Source: Alphaproteobacteria bacterium (GTDB taxonomy: Bacteria > Pseudomonadota > Alphaproteobacteria > SP197). From it: a DNA stretch of 64,000 nt. The stretch covers positions 4,896,001 to 4,960,000 of the forward strand of contig OZ245842.1 in assembly GCA_965228895.1 (NCBI GenBank), read 5' to 3'. This document shows, piece by piece, positions 59,337 through 64,000 of the stretch. The number at the start of each line of letters is the position of its first letter. The first letter of the stretch is position 1. The notes beneath the pieces were generated by a model. It had not been told where the DNA came from and did not search any database. It saw only the letters and a program-made list of their open reading frames with translations. Both the position numbers and the translations under genes were made by a program.

Positions 59337-60863
59337 ATGACCCGTGTCGCCGTTGCCGCCAGCTCGCAGATTGCCGCCGACGCGGGCGCTGAGATCGCCC
59401 AGGCCGGCGGCAACGCCGTTGACGCAGCCGTAGCGGCGAACCTCGTCCAACTGGTGACCGAACCGGGTGTCGTCTCGCTGGGCGCCGGCGGGTTCATCGT
59501 CGTTTCACCGCCCGGTGAGCCGGCGGTCATGATCGACGGCGCGGTCGAAATGCCCGGCCGCGAGACTACGCCGGAGCAATTCGGCCGTGGCGGCATCGAT
59601 GTCATGCTGCCCTATGGCGGCGGCGCGCCGACAACGGTCGGCTATGGATCGGTCGGCACGCCCGGCATGCTCGCGGCCTATGACCTCGCCGCACGGCGCT
59701 TTGGCTCCTTGCCATGGAAGGTGCTGGTTCAACCGGCCGAACGGCATGTCAGGGCAGGCTTTCCGCTGCCCAAGGCCTCGCACCAGTACATCGCCAACAA
59801 TTACGACTGGGTGTTTGGCTGGAATCCGCCCAGCCTGAGACCTCTGCAAAAGGACGACGGATCGATCAAGGATGTCGGCGACACGGTCTATGTCGACGGC
59901 CTCGCCGACACGCTGGCGACCATCGCCGACGAGGGTGTCGACGCGTTCTACCGCGGCGACATCGCCCGGGTCATCGCCGATGACATGGCGGCGCACGACG
60001 GTCTGCTCGGCCTCGCCGATCTCGAGGCCTACGAAGCGCGCCTGTCCCCTGCGCTGGATGTCGCGTTGGACGACTGGCACGTGGCGACGGTCTCGCTGCC
60101 AAGCGTCGGCGGCGCTGTGCTGGCGGCCATGCTGTTGATGCTGCGCAGCGCCAAGCTCGATTGCTGGACCCCGCAGATGGCGCGTCAAATGATCGACGTC
60201 CAGGCGTGCGCGATCGGTCATCGCCGCTCACGGCTCGACATGTCCGACGACCTCGAGAGCGACGTCGCGCGCTTGCTGGACCTCGCCGCGACAAACCCCA
60301 CCGCGCTGGCCTCGCCGTCGACCGTTCATACGTCGACGGTCGATGCGGCGGGCTTCGCCTGTGCGGCCACCGCCTCGGCCGGTTACAACTCAGGCGTTCT
60401 GACGCCAGGCGCGGGCATATGGATGAACAACAGCCTGGGCGAGGTCGAGCTCAACAAGCGCGGCTTTCACACGATGGCGCCGGGAACCCGCGTCGCGTCC
60501 AACATGGCGCCAACCGTTGGACGCAGCAAGGACGGTTCGGTCCTGGCGATCGGCTCGCCGGGCGCCGATCGCATCACGACCGCCATTCTGCAGACGGTCG
60601 CCAACATCGTGCATCTGGGTATGCCATTGCAGGAGGCGGTTGATCACCCGCGCCTGCACGTCGAGTGGTCCCAAGATGAGTCATGGTGTGTCGCCTATGA
60701 AGCCGGTGTGCCGGTCGATCAGTTGGACGTGCCCCAGCGGCGCTTCGATGACGTCGACATGTTCTTCGGCGGAGTCAGCGCGGTGCGCTTCTCGCCCGAC
60801 GACGGCTTCGAGATGGCGGCGGATATCCGGCGCACCGGCGGCACTGCGCTCAGCGAGACCTGA
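59337..60863 (+). CDS. ggt: Gamma-glutamyltransferase family protein
   Basis: GGNAVDAAVA, FYRGDIA, nucleophile STVHTSTVD, GSPGADRI; no signal peptide. Confidence 0.85.
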   Translation: MTRVAVAASSQIAADAGAEIAQAGGNAVDAAVAANLVQLVTEPGVVSLGAGGFIVVSPPGEPAVMIDGAVEMPGRETTPEQFGRGGIDVMLPYGGGAPTTVGYGSVGTPGMLAAYDLAARRFGSLPWKVLVQPAERHVRAGFPLPKASHQYIANNYDWVFGWNPPSLRPLQKDDGSIKDVGDTVYVDGLADTLATIADEGVDAFYRGDIARVIADDMAAHDGLLGLADLEAYEARLSPALDVALDDWHVATVSLPSVGGAVLAAMLLMLRSAKLDCWTPQMARQMIDVQACAIGHRRSRLDMSDDLESDVARLLDLAATNPTALASPSTVHTSTVDAAGFACAATASAGYNSGVLTPGAGIWMNNSLGEVELNKRGFHTMAPGTRVASNMAPTVGRSKDGSVLAIGSPGADRITTAILQTVANIVHLGMPLQEAVDHPRLHVEWSQDESWCVAYEAGVPVDQLDVPQRRFDDVDMFFGGVSAVRFSPDDGFEMAADIRRTGGTALSET

Positions 60864-60869
60864 GCCGAG

Positions 60870-61955
60870 TTACGCCACGACCACAGGATGCGGGTGGACC
60901 ATCGAGAAGACATAGCCGCCGTTGTTGAACGGCTGATCGAGCACCTGGCACTCCCCAGCGGAGTCATAGGCGCGCGTCATCAGTGCGTGTTCACCAGCTG
61001 TGGCATCCCAGGTGAAGGCGAACTCGACCCAGGCGTACCGCTCGCTGGGTGACAGCAGTTCCGCCTCCTGCCACGTCTCGCCACGGTCAGCGCTCCAGGT
61101 CACACGCACGATCGGTTCTTCGGCACCGCGCGCATAACCGCGCAGACGCTGCGGTCCCACTGAAAGCCGCGCCGGCCACGGGAGCGCCAGCGAACTGCGG
61201 ATCGGATGTTTGGTGATGGGTGGTCCTTTGGCCGGACTGTATTGTTCGCTGTCCCAGGCCTCGCCCATCAGAACATAGCGCTCGACGTTGCGCTCGACCC
61301 AACGGTGCTCGCGCGTCACCTCGATCCGGTCGAGCCACTTGATCGAATACGTGCCGACCCATCCCGGCACGATCGTGCGCGCGGGAAAACCGTGATCGGG
61401 CGGCAGCGGTTCGCCGTTCATGCGAAGCGCGATCAGGGTGTCGGAATGCATCGCCTTCGCCACCGGCATCGGCACGCGAATGCCGTCCTCGCCTTCCTTG
61501 CCCCGATCGAGACCGACCGGCATGACGTGATAGGCCTCATCGGTGATGCCCGCCATGGTCAGCACATCGGCCAGACGCACGCCCTGCCATTCGGCCATGC
61601 CGAGACCGCCCAAGTGCCAGCGCAGCTCGGTGACGTGGGGCCGGCGGTTGAGCGGCTCGCCCATCACGTCCTCGAAGAGCTGGCGGTGGTTGCCTGCGCA
61701 TTCGATCAGCACGCTGAGCGTGACCTGCTCCATGGCCTCAAGATCGGCACGAGACAGCCGTAGCGGGTTGGTAATGGCGTCGCCTTCGACCGACAGGCTC
61801 CAGCCTTCCTCGGCGATGACCGGCGTCGGTGCGTCATGGCAGATGAAGAAGTCCGCGTTCGGCGTGATGATGCCTTGCTGCTTTTCCAGCGGCATCTCCA
61901 GACCGCCGGCCAAGTGCACGAGGCCGGAGACGTCCTTGTAGAAACCGTCACTCAT
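60870..61955 (-). CDS. Sulfite oxidase family molybdoenzyme
   Basis: ECAGN Moco Cys, MNGEPLPPDHGFPAR, IKWL, C-terminal dimerisation domain; no Tat signal. Confidence 0.88.
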   Translation of the reverse strand: MSDGFYKDVSGLVHLAGGLEMPLEKQQGIITPNADFFICHDAPTPVIAEEGWSLSVEGDAITNPLRLSRADLEAMEQVTLSVLIECAGNHRQLFEDVMGEPLNRRPHVTELRWHLGGLGMAEWQGVRLADVLTMAGITDEAYHVMPVGLDRGKEGEDGIRVPMPVAKAMHSDTLIALRMNGEPLPPDHGFPARTIVPGWVGTYSIKWLDRIEVTREHRWVERNVERYVLMGEAWDSEQYSPAKGPPITKHPIRSSLALPWPARLSVGPQRLRGYARGAEEPIVRVTWSADRGETWQEAELLSPSERYAWVEFAFTWDATAGEHALMTRAYDSAGECQVLDQPFNNGGYVFSMVHPHPVVVA

Positions 61956-61993
61956 GAAATGCCAGCGCCTCGGTTGGCGAAACTGGACGAACC

Positions 61994-62785
61994 CTAGCTC
62001 AGCAGTTCGACACTGTCGCCGACGCGCACGGTCCCTTCGATCAAAACCGCGGCATAGACACCGGTGTAACCTTCATGGTCGTCGGTCACCTTCTTCAGCA
62101 CCGAGGGGTCGCGATCCGCCGTATCGGGATCGAGCGTGATCATCGCGCAGCGGGGGTCGCGTTCCAGCACCGACACCGTCACCTTGTCGCCGATACGCAG
62201 CGTCTTACCGACATAGGCATTTTCCGCATAACCGGGCGCGCCATCCAGATCGAGATAGATGTTCGCGCGGAACCGCCGCTTGTCGACATCCTTGCCCAGC
62301 TCCTCACCAAGCTGCGCGGCCGTCGCCAGCGAACACAGCGATACCGGCCGGCAGTCGGTGAACGCGCGGTCGGAGCGCAGGACGCTCAGCCCGTGCTTGC
62401 GGCCGATGTTTTCGTTGAGCTTTGCCATCAGCGCGGGATCGTCGATGGCGAAGGTCTCGCCATCCGGCGTTTCGATATCGACCGCGAGTTCATCGCGATC
62501 GGGATAGACCGCCGTCATGCCCGGTTCGATGCTTTCGGCATCCACCAGGTTGGGCGGCATGGCGGCTTTATCGGGATGGCGGAAGCGCGGCGTGTAAAGC
62601 ACCATCTTGCGTTGCTCGCGGCCGGTCAGATAGGGAAAGCCCTTATGCGCTTCATCGCTGCCGATGGCATAGAGCCGGTCGCCATAGACGCCGGCAAAGC
62701 CTAAGTAGACTTCCTCGGCCTCTTCGCCGCGCATGCTCTTCACCGGATAACGCCACAGGCTCTCGACCTTGCCGACCGCCGCCAT
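61994..62785 (-). CDS. MOSC domain protein
   Basis: WRYPVKSMRGE, GDRLYA, RRFRANI, PRCAMIT. Confidence 0.9.
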   Translation of the reverse strand: MAAVGKVESLWRYPVKSMRGEEAEEVYLGFAGVYGDRLYAIGSDEAHKGFPYLTGREQRKMVLYTPRFRHPDKAAMPPNLVDAESIEPGMTAVYPDRDELAVDIETPDGETFAIDDPALMAKLNENIGRKHGLSVLRSDRAFTDCRPVSLCSLATAAQLGEELGKDVDKRRFRANIYLDLDGAPGYAENAYVGKTLRIGDKVTVSVLERDPRCAMITLDPDTADRDPSVLKKVTDDHEGYTGVYAAVLIEGTVRVGDSVELLS

Positions 62786-62948
62786 GATGTTTCTCCCTTT
62801 CGCCGATTGCTGTCACCGATCCTGCGGCACCCCACCACGACAGCGTCGAACAAACAACCGGCGCGTCCCTCAACCGGCAAGGCCAGCCTTTTCATGACGG
62901 CGGCGCGAACCTAAGCTCGCCTGGTCCAGACCCTTATGGGAGTGCGTC

Positions 62949-64000
62949 ATGGCCGAGCAGGCCTTTCCCCATCTCTTCTCGCCGGTCAAGCTGCGCGACA
63001 AGGAGCTTAAGTGCCGCATCGTGTTCGGCGCGCATACCGCCAACATGGCGGAAGACGGCCTGCCGACCGACCGGCACTTCGGCTACTACCGGGAACGCGC
63101 GCGCGGCGGCGCGGCGATGATCGTGGTCGAGCCGACCCCGCCCCATGAGACGGCCATCCTGACGCGCGGCAATCTGCGCCACGACGACAGCGTCATCCCG
63201 CACTTCCGCCGCATCACCGATGAGTGCCACAGCCACGGCACCGTCATGATCCATCAGATCTATCACGTCGGGCAGCACGGCGATCAGGACAACTCGTGGA
63301 CGCCTTATTGGTCGCCCTCGGGCGGGCCGAGCTTCCACGATCCCTGGGGCAGCCACGCCATGAGCGAGGCGGAGATCGAGGAACTGATCACCGCCTTCAT
63401 CGAACAGGCCGAGCGCGACCAGAAGGGGGGGTTTGATGGCGTCGACCTGTTCGCCGGCTACAACTGCCTGATCGATCAGTTCTGGTCGCCTCTGACCAAC
63501 AAACGTGACGACCAGTGGGGCGGCAGCCTGGAAAACCGCGTGCGTTTCGCCACCCGGATTGCCGAGGGCATCCGCAAGGCCTGCGGCGAGAACTTCATCG
63601 TCGGCATGACCATCTCCGGCGCCGAACCCTATCCCGGCGGCCTCACCATCGAGGACAAACAGGAAATCGTCGCCTGGCTCGATGAGCGCGGCTTGATCGA
63701 CTACTTCTCCTGCGGCACCGGCAGCTATCTCAACCAGTTCACCAAGATCGTGCCGAGCTTTCACTACGGCATGATGCTGGGCCCGCCGGATGCCGCGCAG
63801 TTCAAGGACGTCACCAAACACGCGCTGGTCACCGCCGAGGCCCGGGTCAAGACACCGGCCAACGCGGAAGCCGTCATCGCCGAAGGCAAGGCGGATCTCG
63901 TCTCGATCGTGCGCGGCCAGATCGCCGACCCCCACCTCGCCAACAAGGCGCGTGAAGGCAGGCCTGAGGACGTGCGCCCGTGCATCTCGTGCAACCAGCT
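62949..64000 (+). CDS. NADH:flavin oxidoreductase (OYE/FadH-like), partial
   Basis: Manual translation MAEQAFPHLFSPVKL...YYRERARGG...GFDGVDL...NKRDDQWGGSLENR...RGQIADP...RPCISCNQ; runs off the window end; not in the ORF track. Confidence 0.9.
   Translation, partial: MAEQAFPHLFSPVKLRDKELKCRIVFGAHTANMAEDGLPTDRHFGYYRERARGGAAMIVVEPTPPHETAILTRGNLRHDDSVIPHFRRITDECHSHGTVMIHQIYHVGQHGDQDNSWTPYWSPSGGPSFHDPWGSHAMSEAEIEELITAFIEQAERDQKGGFDGVDLFAGYNCLIDQFWSPLTNKRDDQWGGSLENRVRFATRIAEGIRKACGENFIVGMTISGAEPYPGGLTIEDKQEIVAWLDERGLIDYFSCGTGSYLNQFTKIVPSFHYGMMLGPPDAAQFKDVTKHALVTAEARVKTPANAEAVIAEGKADLVSIVRGQIADPHLANKAREGRPEDVRPCISCNQ

Overview
GC-rich alphaproteobacterial chromosome segment; gene order resembles Rhodospirillales, which is an inference. 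The left half is a conserved housekeeping backbone (nth, dapB, dnaJ-dnaK, grpE-hrcA, rph-rdgB-hemW, lpoA-like/yraN/BON/gshB, comM) interrupted by accessory genes and apparently lacking the usual rsmI. The right half holds small metabolic and regulatory modules and a xanthophyll cluster (crtE-ABC ATPase-ABC permease-crtZ, crtYIB, crtG; predicted zeaxanthin to nostoxanthin). An ABC-2 transporter is translationally coupled inside that cluster. All three crt transcription units are preceded by the same ATCC-N16-CGTA motif, typical of RpoE-ChrR (ECF11) promoters. Non-coding highlights are a 137-bp tandem array (about 3.5 copies) of two homologous, co-varying palindromes upstream of nth, with dispersed relatives at about 7.05, 31.4 and 59.2 kb; a perfect alphaproteobacterial LexA box upstream of an ICL/PEP-mutase family gene; RpoH promoters for dnaK and hrcA; and 11-bp-period operator arrays. 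No rRNA, tRNA, CRISPR, transposase or phage genes were recognised. All calls come from reading motifs by eye; no database searches were run.
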